Below are positions 41,401 to 56,288 of a stretch of DNA of 64,000 nucleotides, piece after piece (within the stretch, counting starts at the first letter, position 1; each line of letters opens with the position of its first letter). Position numbers and translations under genes: made by a program. This DNA comes from Octopus bimaculoides (taxonomy: Eukaryota), in assembly GCF_001194135.2 (NCBI RefSeq), contig NC_068984.1, positions 119,608,459 through 119,672,458 on the forward strand, in the 5' to 3' direction. The notes under the pieces are model-generated. The model had not been told where the DNA came from. It worked only from the letters and a program-made list of their open reading frames with translations, and did no database searches.

Positions 41401-43453
41401 TTCAAACTGTCTTAGATCAGGGTTCCTACACCTACCCTACAATGTCATTTTAAAAATAAGCAATCACATCATTGAAATCTCAAACTTACAAGATAATGCA
41501 TGATTAATTCAATACAATGTGAATTAATAAGTGTTACATTTGACAAGAGTGATCTGAATGCTAATGGGTTAATGGTATGTCAGTTTTGGAGAATTTTTCA
41601 GTCCGGAGATTATGTCCCCTTCTCAAGTGGAACTGCTGGTCACTTGGAGTTATTTCTCTTAGCTCATTTTTGTTTAGATTATTCAAATTACTTAGTTTGC
41701 TTTACTATCCCAGATCTTGTAAAGAATGTTCTTGATTTTTTTTATCTTGTTTCTTGATAATTCATTACATATGTGAACTTTTCTGTTGGTTTGATTGGGT
41801 TAAAGTTTACTTGCAAATGCTTGATGGCTGATCATAAATCCCTACCCTACCTATATACTAGTGTAAGTGATTACATATTTTATAGACAGTAATGACACTT
41901 ATTCTGATAGTAGCATAGAATTTTAATTTAAAAAAATTCTGTAGCTAGCTGACAATTTCTAGTGAAAGCAGGTTAAAAGCAATAAAAACAGTTATACGAT
42001 CTATCCAAAATAATAAACTTTAAACACATTGCTGTTGTTGGGTCTTCTGACTTACCAAACAGTTCTATGATCAAAGACTTTGAAGCCACGACCATCCTGA
42101 TAAAATCTATGATACTATTTCATGCATAATAACTTAATGTAAATTTACATTGCAAATAACCTAAGTTATATGTCAATTACTCTCTTTGTTTATATGCTAA
42201 ATATCTATTTTAAGTAATTGGTTAATTTTTTTAAAGTATCAGCTTAGCTTATCTTAGCAGATAATAAATGCATCATTTTAATGTATAGTCTATATTAGTC
42301 TTGGATTTTTTTTTATTCTCTAAATAGTGTAACTTGAACTCCATTATCTAGTATGTCTTCTAAAATGGCAGGGTGTGGTTTGAGGGATATTTGGTTGCTA
42401 CTTCTTTTGTAGCAGGTTGATTGACTATGTAAAGGCTCCTGTTTTTTTTTATGTATGTATGTGGTAATGCAATTGTTGAATAGTTGTTTTCTTAACATTT
42501 ATGTTCACATCAAATGTTCTACTTGGAATCTATTACGTCCTCCTCTACTTAACAAATATCATGTCTTTGTTCATTTTACATGTTTTTCCATATTAGCATG
42601 GGTTAGAAGAATACATATTATTAACCCTTTAACATTCAGATAATTCTGTTAAATGAAATGCTTATTTATTCATATTGTTTTGAATTAATCATGAATTATC
42701 TTTTAGCTTGAAGTGTTTGATGATGTATTAGTTTATTGTTAGAATGATATTGTATAGTAGGTGTGAGGGGTCAGATTTATCCAGTTTGAACATAATGGAG
42801 GTAGAATATTTGGGTTGGATATGACCAGTTTAAATGCTAAAGGGTTATGGCAGTGCTTTACAGAGGGGTGTCCTTCCTGTTACTAACCTATACCCATATT
42901 TCAAGTAAAGGAGTTTTATTCCATATGTCTTTGAAAGATCAGAATAAGTAGATAATTTGTTGACAAAGAATGACAGTAAGCTTCAGCATTTGTAGCTTAG
43001 TGCTTTTTCATGCGAAGCATGGAAATGTAAACAAACGCACATGTGCACATGCTTACATAACATATATGATGAGTTTTATAAACTTCTCATTACAAGGCAT
43101 TGATTGACCCCAGGATTACAGAAGAAAATACTTCCTCAAGCTGCTGCCAGTAAGACTGAACCCCAAATCTTGTGGTTGAGAAGCAAACTTCTTAACCACA
43201 TAGCCAAGCTTGCATCTGTATATTTTATAACCTGTTGTTTGTCATATTGAATTATACTATTTAACAGGTTTTGAATGTAACAAAGTAGTCTTTGAAAGTA
43301 TTCTGTACTTAGAATTTTTTTTTTTACCCAAGAATATTCTATATTTGCTTAATCCTTTAGCATTCAGATTATTCTGTCAAATACAATGCTTATTCATTCA
43401 CATTATTTTGAATTAATCATGCATTATCTCAAAGCTTCAAGATTACAATGATG

Positions 43454-44870
43454 TCATCACCATCATCATCATCATCATCATCGTTTAACGTTTGCTTTCC
43501 ATGCAGGCATGGGTTGGACAGTTTGAGGACTGGCGAGCCAGAAGGCTACACCAGGCTCCAATCTGATCTGGCAAAGTTTCTAAAGCTGGATGCCTTTCCT
43601 AACACCAACCACTCCAAGAGTGTAGTGGGTGCTTTTATGTGCCATCACCACGAGGGCCAGTCAGGCGGTACTGGCAATGACCATGCTCAAAAGGTGTTTT
43701 TTTATGTGTTTCCTGCACGGGAGCCAGTCTGGTGGCACTGGCAATAACCATGCTCGAATGTTGTTTTTCATGTGCCACCAGCACATGTGCTAGTAAAGTG
43801 ATACTGGCAAAGATCACGCTCAAATGGTGCTTTTTACGGCATGAGAGTCAGTGGTCCTGGCAACGGTCATACTCAGATGGTGCTTTTAATGTTCCACTGG
43901 TACGAGTGCCAATCAGGCAGTACTGTCATCGGCCATGTCAGCAATTTTGATTTCACTTGCCTCAACAGGTCTTGACAAGCAAAGTTTATTGTCCAATGAA
44001 TGAAGTGGGCTGGTTGTACACCACTGGCATAGGCCACGGGTTATGATCTCACTTGGCTTGTCAGGTCTTCTCAAGCACAGCATATCTCCAAAGGTCTTGG
44101 TCACTAGTCATTGCCTCGGTGAGGCCCAATGTTCGAAGGTCGTGCTTCACCACCTCATCCCAGGTCTTCCTGGGTCTACTTCTTCCACAGGTTCCCTCAA
44201 CTGCTAGGGTATGACACTTTTTCACACAGCTGTCCTCATCCAGTCGCAACACATGACCATACCAGCACAGTCGGCTCTCTTGCACACCATATCTGATGCT
44301 TCTCAAGTCCGACTTTTCTCCCAGGGCGCTTACACTCTGTCTAGTATGCACACTGACATTACACATCCAGCGGAGCATACTGGCCTTCTTTCCTTGCAAG
44401 CTTATGCATGTCCTCAGCAGTCATGGCCCATGTTTCACTGCCATATAGCATGGCTGTTCGTACACATGCGTCATACGGTCTATCTTTTACTCTGAGCGAG
44501 AGGCCCTTTGTCACCAGCAGAGGTAGGAGCTCTCTGAGCTTTGCCCAGGCTATTCTTATTCTAGCAGCTACACTCTCAGAGCATCCACCCCCACCTTACC
44601 AGGAATATAGCATCAGTGGTGCTTTTTCCTGAAACAAACCCATATATTTTTCTCTCCAAACCTCTCTCTTTGCAGCCTTGTTTAATGCAAGCGAGCCATC
44701 ATCCATGTGGACACATTTCTCTCCTACGACATCACGATTCTATCTCACACACTGTCTTTCAACATGAAATACCTCAAGTCTTTGGTACTCACAGCGCAGA
44801 ACAATATCAAATTTTTTCTTATCTGCTTCCCCTCTGGCTAAATAAACCTGTCTCCTAACTTCCCTTCTGG
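43454..44870 (-). mobile_element. RTE-clade LINE 3' portion with tandem-repeat 3' UTR, inserted in a TTAA MITE
   Basis: GCSESVAARIRIAWAKLRELLPLLVTKGLSLRVK...QESRLCWYGHVLRLDEDSCVKKCHTLAVEGTCGRSRPRKTWDEVVKHDLRTLGLTEAM, then 3' UTR and (GAT)n tail. Confidence 0.93.
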
Positions 44871-45303
44871 CAGTCTGATACAATTCCTTGATTGTTTATT
44901 TTTAGAATAACATTGTAGGATAGGTGTGAGAGGCCAAATCTGGCCAGTTTGAACATGAAATAAGTAGAATATTTGGGCTGGATATGGTTGGCTTAAATAC
45001 TAGAGAATTAAAGGGAGAGAGTTCTTTTGTACATTGTGTCATGTAAATTTGCATTCCATTATTGAAGGTAATCTGTGTAATAAAAATTTCTATTGCAGTT
45101 AAAATTTTGGTTATTCTTTCCTTTTAACTAGTTAATGTTTTTTTGTATTTTTTTTTAGTGTTGATTTGATTTATCTGAATTCACTGTCATTTAAATTTAT
45201 TTTCCATATTGGCCTTACCAAAATTCATCTTATACTTGTATTTGTGGTTTCTGTTGTTATTGCTATTAATGTTTTTTTTTTATCCTTTCTTTATCTTTTG
45301 TAG

Positions 45304-45428
45304 ATGGTTTCCGAAAAGTTATTAACTTAGAGCAAGGCTCTCTCAAGACAGAAAAGGATAATTTACAGTTTCAACATAATTATTTTGTGAAAGGCAAAGA
45401 AAACTTGCTGGAATTAATTAAAAGAAAA
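45304..45428 (+). CDS. HSF: Heat shock factor exon: C-terminal half of the HSF DNA-binding domain
   Basis: Polypyrimidine tract and tag acceptor, gtaagt donor. Translates (Y)[41 protein letters not shown], matching the HSF-family motif YGFRKV...FQH..F..G...LL..IKRK. 125 nt, phase 1 to 0. Confidence 0.96.
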
Positions 45429-45873
45429 GTAAGTTGAAAGAAAAGTTGTTAAGTTTGACACTAATATTTTATTTGGTCAGAAATTTGTTAGACATTAGAA
45501 CAGAACTGGTGATCTTTCACTTTCATTTCCGTCCAGTGTTGTAGTGGCTCCAAGTTTTCTTATGTAATCAAAGTTAATTATCTTGTTAAAAGAATTGTAC
45601 TTCTTGGCAAACACTGTTACTATTTAATTAGTTGACTTACTGTCAGAAACTAGCTGTGAAATTGATGTGGGTAAGGCAGTATGGAGGTTTGCTTCCCAGT
45701 CACATTATTCTGGGTTCAGCTCTACTGCATGGCGCCTGGGGTTAGTTTCTCCTCCCAATGCTTTGCAAAGGAAATGTGTTAGAAATATTGCAGAAGCCTA
45801 TTGTGTGTGATTTCCATTACAGGCTGATGGAAAGCTGCTACTGGTAACCGTGTAATTATGGAAGTAATACCTG

Positions 45874-45933
<60 letters not shown>

Positions 45934-46037
45934 NNNNNNNNNNNNNNNNNNNNNNNNNNNNNNNNNNNNNNNNNNNNNNNNNNNNNNNNNNNNNNNNNNN
46001 NNNNNNNNNNNNNNNNNNNNNTCTCTCTCTCTCTCTC

Positions 46038-46068
<31 letters not shown>

Positions 46069-49000
46069 CCCCCTCCCCCCCTCTCTCAGAGACAGAGGCT
46101 GGAATGCTATGAGGAAATGGAAATATATGATCCATGAGTTACTGTGGAAAGCAGAAAATGTGTCATTATGGATATGGCAAATGTTTGTGCAGAAAAGCCA
46201 AAGGCTGCGAGTAAAGGATAAGTCAGTAAAAAAAAAGAAGGGTGGTTGCGGTGGATATAGCTGTGCAGTCACCAAGATTAGTGGCTGCATGAATGATGAG
46301 AAAGAACGTGTGCTGTAGTCTGGGGCCAAATAGCCAGGACATTGCCTGGTCACATCAGTGCTGTTTGGCAATGCTAGAAGGAATGATAATCTTTAGAAAG
46401 TGCCATAATTGTTATGGTTTCCTGTTAGCAGCTTATATAGGTGTAAGTATGGCTCTGTGTTTAAGAAGGTGACTTCTGAACTATGAGATTTCAGGTTCAA
46501 TTCCAATGCACGGCTGTTTGAGAAAGTGTCTTCTTTTATAGCCCTGGTCTGACGAGATCCTTATAAGCAGATTTGGTTAACAGAAACTGGAAGAACCCTG
46601 TAATATTTGTTTGTGCATGCATTTGTGCTGCCTTGTAATGACATTGCACAACAGATTATGATTGTCATGCAACCAATACTCCAGAGTTCCAATCTGTGGC
46701 GAAAGTTTGTACAGCCATGGGAAAATATTATCATGCTTGAAAACAGATGGTGGTTGGCGATAGAAAGAACATTCTGTCAAAGAAAATCTACTAAATGAAT
46801 CCTATTTGATCCATGTAGCATGGGAAAGTACACATTAACTTGATGATATATATCTGCAGGAGATGGCAGAATCAATTACATCTCTCTATATTCTGGTTAC
46901 ATACCCCTACGATTTAGTTGATTTTGCTTTTCTTCCTCCTGAGGCCAATAAAATATGTATCAGACAAACTATTGAAGGTGTGGCCATAGTCAAGTGACTG
47001 AAACCAGAAGGTGAGTGATGGTGTAAATTGAAAATACCAGTATTGATATTCTTGGCATGGCTCTGTGATCAAGAAACTTGCCTCCCAACCACATTGGTCC
47101 GGGTTCAGTCCCACTGCATGGCACTTTGGACAAGTCTCTTCTACTATGGCTTTGGGCCTTGTCAATTGATTTTGTAGATTGAAACTGAAAGAAGCCCCTC
47201 ATGTACTTGTGTGTGTGTGTGTTAGAGAGAGAGAGTTTGTGACTCCTTGTTCTGGCATGGCATGATGGTTGTAAACAAGTGTCACTGTCAAACAGCAGTA
47301 TTCTTCACTTCTAATATTCTGTGGAAACATGTCTGACCATAGGGAAATGTTAACTTACTTGGAAACAGGTAAAGGTTGGCAACAAGAAGGGCCTCCGGCT
47401 ATAGAAAATCTGCCTCAATAATTCCATCTAACTTGTTCAAATATGGGAAAGTGGACATCAAAGCAATGTTGATGATGCCTGTACTCATCAAAATATTTTA
47501 TTATCTGAATGAATTTTTGCTTTGTTATGGATATAGAGACAACTTTTATTTATAGTGCTCTTAGACTATCGTCATGAATCCCACTTTCATAGCTATTCTC
47601 ATGGAAGGATGTGGCTTCCCCTCTTCAGGACATGGAGAAAATGTGAGCTCTTCAAGCCACGGCAAAGGCTGCCTGTGTAGGGGGAGCAATATCTCTGAAT
47701 ACAAACTGTTATATGGTGAAGACTCTTCAATCTTGGCAGATAACTTCTCTAGCTTCTTTAGAGGTACAAGAAAATGCATCCAGGCATCATCACCATCATC
47801 CTCATCATTTAATCTGTTTTCCATGCTGGAATGGGTTGGACGGTTTGACAGGAGCTGCCCATGATCCAATTGTCTGCTTTGGTATGGTTTCTATGGCTGG
47901 ATGCCCTTCATAATGCCCACCACTTTATAGGGTGTACTGGGTACTTTTTATGCGGAACTGGCATGGATACGTCATACATAGCACCGACACAAGTGCTTCT
48001 TACATGGCACTGGCACAAGTGCTTTTTAAGTAGCATCAGCACAAATGCTTTTCATGTGACACCAGCATGGGTGCTTTTTATACGACACTGATACTTTTTA
48101 TATCACACGAAAACAAGTGCATTTTATGTGACTCCAGTCTATGTTATAAAATGGTTGGCAATAGCATAAGTATCCAACAGCAAAAAAAAAAGGAGAAAAA
48201 AAGTACACCAATAATCAAATGATACACACAACAACAAAGATTGGCCATTGTCTCTGTTGCCGCATGTTCTGAAAGGCTATGATAAGTAGCCAGACACTGT
48301 CATCCAGTCCAAACTACAGAATGGATTATGTTGTTTCATATATTGATTAATTTTCTCTTTTATAAACATGAACTGAAATGTTAACAAATGAAAACTGAAA
48401 TATTATAATGTAATGAATTCATGTAAATATTAGAATTTTAATAATTAAAATCTAATAAAAGGAGATGTATTAGTCTCATAACTTTAGAAGTTGTAAGACT
48501 GACTCATACAATCATCATCATTTTAATGTCCACTTTTCCATACTTGCATGGGTCCAATGGAATTCAACGAGGCAAATTTTATGCAGCTGCATGCCCTTGT
48601 TGTTGCCAACCCTCACTTGTGTTGCTAGCCCCTACTCCACACCACTAACCCCTGCCTGCACTGCTAACCTTCACCCAGAATTCCTTTGCCCCACCTGTGT
48701 CACTAACCCTCACTCACATCACTAACTACACCCATGTTGCTAACCCTCTCTCACGTCATTAACCCTCACCCACATTGCTACTCCATCACCCACGTTGTTA
48801 CTCCCTCTTCCATGTTGCTACCCCCTCACCTGCATTGCCACTCCTTCACCAGCATTGTTCCCCATCACCTGCATTGCCACCCCATCACATATGTTGCTAA
48901 CCCTCACTTGACTCCTGGCAAGATAATATTTCTCTATGGCCAAACATGTTTCTTTTACAAAAGTCTAAAGATGAACATCATCACTTGTATGATGGTGAAT

Positions 49001-49706
49001 CCTATTTTGCAGCCATCATGTGATGTCAAGACAAGGGTGTGCTCACAGAGAGAGAGAGAGAGAGAGAGAGGTGGGATGGGATGGGAGCTCCTTTCAGTTT
49101 CTGTTTATTAAATCTACTCACAAGGCTTTGAACAGCCTAAGACTATAGTAGAAGACAATTGCCCAAGGTGCTGCACAGTGGGATTGAACCCCAAGATCCA
49201 CATGGTTTGGAAGCAAGTTTCTTAATTTTTTTTTTTAACAATAAATCACAACTGGAAAAAACATATGTAAGAGTTCATCTTAAAAACAGTTTCAATAGAT
49301 ATAGGGGGGAAAAAATGTAAGAAAAGCAATTATCTAAATCTGTTGGACAGGAAAAAAATTTGGTTGTATTTGTCTGTAACTTTACTGAGTGGTATTTGAA
49401 ATAGTCTGTATGTATTTCATCATCTAGTAATTAACTCTGTCCACTAATCAGTTTATGATATCTTTTATGTTCAAGAGAAATAAACTCTATTTCCTTTTTC
49501 TCCTATTGTTACTTTTTCTTTACCACGATTCACCAAACTTGTTTATAAACTTGTGTGACCCCTACTTAGAACTGATAACTATGTTAAAAGGTATCAAAGG
49601 TACACTGATAACAAAGGTTAAACAACATGGAAGAAATCACTTCTGTATAGCCTTAGGGTGGGGGAAAAAGAAGTACTTACATGTGTGTGTGTGTATGTAT
49701 ACATAC

Positions 49707-49737
<31 letters not shown>

Positions 49738-49764
49738 AATATATATAGATATAGAGACGCGCGC

Positions 49765-49806
<42 letters not shown>

Positions 49807-49991
49807 ATATATTATTTATATAGATAGGGTGATAAATTGAATATTAATTCAATTTAAAACCAAGTGGCCTAGCATATAAAAAAATCTGAAAATTCTGAAA
49901 AAAATTGTACTACACGTGTATAAGGGATGTCCACCTGGTGGTCATCCCTTATATATGTGTATATGTGAATATATATAGATATAGAGACGTA

Positions 49992-50054
<63 letters not shown>

Positions 50055-50166
50055 TGTACCCAAATATGCACCTATACATACAGGTGGATGTCGGTATGCA
50101 CATACCTGTACGTATATATGCATATACTCATTTACTATTTGTNNNNNNNNNNNNNNNNNNNNNNNN

Positions 50167-50201
<35 letters not shown>

Positions 50202-50204
50202 AAG

Positions 50205-50492
50205 TTGCATGACTTAGTGGTTAGGGTGATTGTGAGATCATGGGTTCGATTCCCAGAGTGGGTGTTGCATTGTGTTCTTGAGCAAAGCACCTCATTTCAC
50301 GTTGCTCTGCAATCATTTTGTCATCTGATATGTGGCACATAGTGCACCTATACAGGTAATGTCAATTTGATGGAGGGAGTGAGCTTTTGTGTACACAAGC
50401 ATTTTATCACCATAAACAAATCATCTGTGTGGTTGCTCGGCAAGAAATTGCTGAACCCTCATATGTTGTCTAACGACGGGAGAGTCCGTGAT
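50205..50492 (+). mobile_element. tRNA-derived SINE, third family
   Basis: gacttagtggttaggg...ggttcgattccc head followed by a gtgttcttgagcaaagcac core. Confidence 0.7.
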
Positions 50493-50529
50493 AATATATA
50501 TATGTGGTGAGAGAGAGAGAGATGTGTGT

Positions 50530-50589
<60 letters not shown>

Positions 50590-51098
50590 GCATGTGGATT
50601 ACATACCTATCGGACAAAAGAAACATTATCATTGTTAGGATGACTCTCTCAAATTATAATTGTTATTGTTCATTGTGTATTGGTGAGTTTTAGAATTCCT
50701 CCAGAACATAATTTCTCAGAGAATTGGAATGAAATACCAACTGATATTGATGAATGTAGGAATGGGCCCACTGACCATTTATTAGTCATGCCACCCAACT
50801 CGTCGTAGTAATTAGACTTTAGAAGTTAATTTTTTTTTTTTATTTTACATATAATGAATAATTCACAAAAGTTAATGTATTAGCAAAACTGTGTCAGTAT
50901 TTTAAAAGAAAAATATTTAAAAAATGACAAAACAAAAAGTAAAAGAAAAGCAAAAGAGACAAAACCTTACAACGTGTCTGTATTTAAATATGATCAAGTC
51001 CCCTATTTTTTCATCATCATCTTTTAACATCTGCCTTCCATGCTGGCATAAAGAAACAAAGCTACATTATATGTGTCAACATTTTAAATATATACATA

Positions 51099-51132
<34 letters not shown>

Positions 51133-52949
51133 CATACATATATACACACATAAAGGTGGGAAACAAAAAATCCAAAACATTTTTGGAAACTTATTTGGCA
51201 ACTTTTAAAGAGAAATGTAACCAAGCTAGGAGTGAGTACAATGAAGTAGTTGTACACAAACCAGTTACTTATTTACATTTAGCTTGCAACCTATTTGATA
51301 ATAGCAGTAGCAATTCTTTCACAGCAAGTAGAAAATAAGTTGTTTTTTTTTTTTGTGATGAATATGTTTTTCATTGTCAATATCAACAGATCAACCATCC
51401 ATTTTTGGAAAGTGAAATGCGGAACAGTACTAAACATGAATTCATTTTAGGAAATGGCAACAAAAAGGGCATCTGGCCATAGAAGATCTGCCTCATTATT
51501 CATAGAGAAGTGGTTGTTAAAAACAATGATGATGCAGATGATAATGAATGGGGGAAATATCCAAATATATCCTCAAGAAGAAAAGAGAAGAAACATCTCA
51601 CATTCTTGATGACAACCTGGTCAGCGATTCTAAGAGCCATAAAGTGGGTACTGAGCAAAATAATATTACATGGGCTCTGGAAAGCTGTGTGTTGTGTTAT
51701 GATATTGTTAAGGCCACTTGAAACCTAGGTATTTTATGATATAACTTGGTTGAAAGCTGGCAGCCATCATTTCTAATAAAAGTGGTCTTGTATGTTTGAA
51801 TACTGAAGACATTTCAGCTGAATAGAAACAATTTGATTCTCAGTAATTGTTTCTCATTACTTGAAATACAATTATTTTCATGACTTTAATTAGAAATTAC
51901 TCTGAGAATTGTCTTTCTGCTGGAAACTACAACCGTTTCAGCAACAAAAGCAATGGTGATATTTCTTTGATCATATCACTTCAATGGTACTGCATTGGCT
52001 CCAAGTGCAGAATGGACACAGTAGTGGAAAACTACATTCCTAAATTTTCTTAGAAGTGCATTGTTTATTAAAATAAGTAAAATAAGAATAATTGAGATTG
52101 TAGATCTGTATTACAATGATCTGTATAGCTGATGACTAGCAGCAAATTTTGCAGTATTTGGGTTAAGCTTTTATAAAAAAGGTTGTAAATCTCCACAATG
52201 TACCACTCTTGTTCGATTTATATTATTACTAAAATTTTGGGTTATTGTACTGAAGACCATCTCCACTACATAGGATGAAGGTAAAGTCATGATACAATAC
52301 CATGACTTCATTTCACAATAAAGGAAATTCCATACTGCATTATAACATTTCACAGAAGCCTTGGTTTTCAAAAATCATTTCATTTTGTTTTCTTTTGTCA
52401 TTTTGTAACACAATTATGGTTTCCTGCAATTCAATTTTTTGGTCTTCCATTCTTGCATATAATTGGGTTCCAGTGTAGGAACCTTGTGGTATACATTTGG
52501 CTAAAAGTTGGTTGCTCATAAACTTGTATACTTGAATACTGTTGTTGATGTTTCAGTTGAATAGAACAATTTGATTCTCAGCAATTGTTTCTTATTAAAA
52601 CAGGTCAAAAGAAAGTACAACCATAGAATTTACACATGTGAGATAGTTACACTGAATAGGATCAAATAAATGTGCTTATTAATTCATAATTTTTTTTCTT
52701 TCTTATGACTCTCACGAAATAGATTTCGTTTTCAATTATTTATTTTCTTGTTTAGCAACACTTTTAAGGATATTTCATTTCAGTTGGACATTTTATATGT
52801 AAAATTTATTTGGAAATTTGTTTTCTTAGATATTATTTTTAATATCAATTATTTAGTTATTTTGCTTTTAAATTTTAGTTCTTTCTTACTATTATGATCC
52901 AGTATGAAAATGGTGAAAATGGTTCAATTAGAACTACCACTTATCAAAA

Positions 52950-55250
52950 AAAAAATTTTTTTTAAATGGCAATATAGATTGCAATATGGATTTACCCTCA
53001 ATGGCAATATGTATTTACTCTCAAACCATTATTGATGCATGTCTTCTTTCTGTGAAACTATGAAGTCATTGCATCTAAAAGACTACTCTTCAAAAAAGCA
53101 ACAAGGGGAAAAGTGCATACATTACAGTTAGAAAATATGAATGTGGTATTAAAAGATATCTACTCAAATTCACACCCAATTGCTTTCATATAAAATATAA
53201 TTATAGCTAAACGTGGGGAAACTACAGAATTGGAGTGACATTAATGATACCTTCTGTGGCTGAAAATCTTACTATGGTCCTTAAAGTAGCTACAGATGTT
53301 TTTTTAATTGATTCCTCTCAGTAATAACATAATATCTTACTGAACTGAGGAAATAAGGAAAGATATTGAAAGTCAGCTTGTATATGAAATTTCAAAAGAC
53401 TCAATGAATAAACTGCATAGGACAGTGAGAAATGTTATTGATGGCCTATAGACATTTTATTAAAGAAAGGAAAATCTATGAAGAAACACTTTCTGAAATT
53501 GTTGACAACAAAGGATCAAACAGTTTTCCAATTATCAAAAATTTACATTGAAACTAACTATGTCTCTTTTGGCAATATGATATCGTGTACAGCTGATGGT
53601 GTGTGTACCATCTATGACAGGTTGCCAAGCTGCTCTGGTGTCATATATGAAAAAGGAAATACCTAATGTATAGGCAGCTTACTGCATAATTCACTAATTT
53701 ATCATGGGCACTTTGTCGTGTTTAGTAGAGTAGCTGTCTTCAAGGCCAGCTTTAGTTATTTTTGCTGTTAACAAAAATTAAGTCTTGGACTAGGAACACT
53801 AAGTTACTCTGCCAATTATGTGAACAGAATAGTGACAATTTTGTAAGCTGCTGCCTCCACACTAAATTTCATTGGTTTTGGCTGTCAGCAAGGTTTTGTT
53901 TGAAATGTGCCTTCCAGCTTAGCATTGCTGTTGGAATTTTGCTTATAAAATCATGATGACTAATTAGCAAAAGATATTGGCTTTATTCATGGAGATATAG
54001 CTTGCTTAGCTGGTATTTATGACAAAATGAACAGCCTGAATTTGTGACTACGAGGGGCACAATTTTAATCTAATACATGCAGAAAATTCAGTCAGCAGTT
54101 TTATAAGTGAAATTAAATTGTATGAGCAAAACTTTGGTAGAAGGAGATTCAGTCAGTTTCCATCTGTGAAAAGTATTTCAGAGTTTTTTTCCAGATGATA
54201 GTCCAGCGCATACCAACATGGAACATGGATGCTAAATGGTGATGGCAATGGCAGTCTGAAGACCTGCTGTGCATATTTACATCAATAGAAGGATGATTCT
54301 GAGACAAAAGTTGAAGATTTGATTAACTGAGGATTCTTGACTCAGTATGACAAAATAAGATAAAATACAACAAAAAAATAAATAAAGTAAAACATAAAAT
54401 AAGAATATAAAACAACTAAATAAAATATAAAGATATAAATTAAAAATTTTTTTGGAACCTACATGTGTGCAAAATAGAAGAGCAAAACTTTGAGTTGAGA
54501 CAAAAATAATTTTTGAAAAATAAAATCTTGTGTGAGATGTTACAATGCAGTATGAAATTTCTTTTATTGTGGAATGAAGCTAAGTTATTATTTCGTATTG
54601 TTTTTTCACCATCCTGTCTAGGAGAGAAGTGTTGACTAAGAATAGAAACTTTTATTACATAAGGATAAGAGTTTTCAATTGATGTCTCTCAGTAATAAAA
54701 CTGTATCTCACTGGATTGATGAAATCGGGGCTGATATTGAAAGTCTTTGTTCATGAAATTTCAAAAGATTAATTTTAGTATTCAACTGAATGAATCATCT
54801 ATGCAAAATACAGTTGATCATAAGTACCCAAGTGTTTTAGATGATTATTTGGCAAAAAATGGCTGGAGGATGCTGGGTTATCTAATCAGATGCAAAGATG
54901 TCAAGGGGTTAAAGCAACTCAAGGAACTTAATGGAAAACTTGTGCAAAAGGAAAAGGAATGAGCTTACAGTATAACCTGATAATCCTGACAAGTTAGAAA
55001 ACCTGATTAATTCCTTTATTGGTGGCAGTCGTGATTCATCATGCAAAATTGCTAAATTTTGAAGACAATGAAATGCATATTCTGTAGAAGAATTTCAAAA
55101 TAGTTCTTTAAAAGGCCTTTCTGATGAACTAAGTACATGTTCTTCACATATTACTCAATTAATTTGAAGACAACTACCATATGTTCTTATCTATAAGTTG
55201 TACTATTTTATACTTGATTTTAACTGCAAAAACTGGGATGCAATTTATAC
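52950..55250 (+). mobile_element. Decayed hAT (Buster/ZBED5-like) transposase, probably two partial copies
   Basis: In order: QYGFT, ETMKSLHLK, IAK.G...IG..L, IPLSNN.IS...EE..KDIESQL, CTADG, HCIIH-like. A second FSIQLNES block at ~54775. Confidence 0.7.
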
Positions 55251-56288
55251 ATGAGGCAAAGCTAAAACAATGAAGAGAAAGAATTTTGCACTGAGATTTA
55301 ACTCTAAATTAGGGGTGTGAGCTATTCATGAGTGCAAAAAGGAGGCCATGGTAGATGTCCTCTACTTTTTGAACAGACAAGAGGGAATGTTTATCAATGT
55401 TGCTTGCAAAATAAAGACAGGACAAACAAGTGTACAGAAGCTGCACTGTGAAGACTTCAGAATAAAATTGTAATGTAATATCATATTATTTGAAAAAGAC
55501 AGTTCACTAAAAATTTTAAAAAATTAAAAACTATAATAAGCAGCTTCTTGTAGGGCCAAATCCTCCAGTTAGTTTTTAAAAAATTCAAAGAAGCATTTGG
55601 AAGGATCAAGTCTCTGCTGGTGGGTTTGGCCTGAAGTATCCGTCTTGTGATTGCTTCTTGCAACATTCTAATCACATATCTGTATTACCAGAGCTGTAAC
55701 CTCTTAATGTGGCGAAGTAATGACTCAATATGGAGAGATTCCTTGATCTCTGAGCTGTGCACCTGTCTTCTCAGGTTTCATTCAGGATTATTCGCTTATA
55801 GGTGTGAACATTATGAAGTTACTTCTGATTTGATTTGATTTGATTTGTCTTATGCTCTGTGTCATAAAAAAAGGCATTAATATTTTCACTAATAATCATG
55901 TAGGATTATGAATGATTTGGTTTGGTCTTATTAGTGTCAATAATAAAGGCAGTGTGCTGATAAGAGAGCATCAGTCACAATGTCTTTGGGTTTTTTCTTT
56001 TTTCCCCCTGACTACTCTATGTTTTAAGGTCAAATTCTGCTAAAGTCATCTTTACCTTTCATCCTTCTGGAGTCTGATAAAATTATGTACCAGTTGAGTA
56101 CTGTAAGTAATACACTCAACTATCCCCAGTTCATGTGTTGTGTCTGTTAGAAATGGTCACTACTGCTATTATTTTATAAGGTACATTTTCATCATGCTTA
56201 TGTAATGTGCTTTATTTTACAATATTTTTCATACTTGTCACATGCAAATCATTTTACAATGCTCATGATATATTTTGCTTTTTCTCAG

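Noticed and set aside
46090-46430. Possible CR1-type RT C-terminus or coding exon
   Set aside because: The resemblance is too weak to name and there is no consistent frame or splice-site pair.
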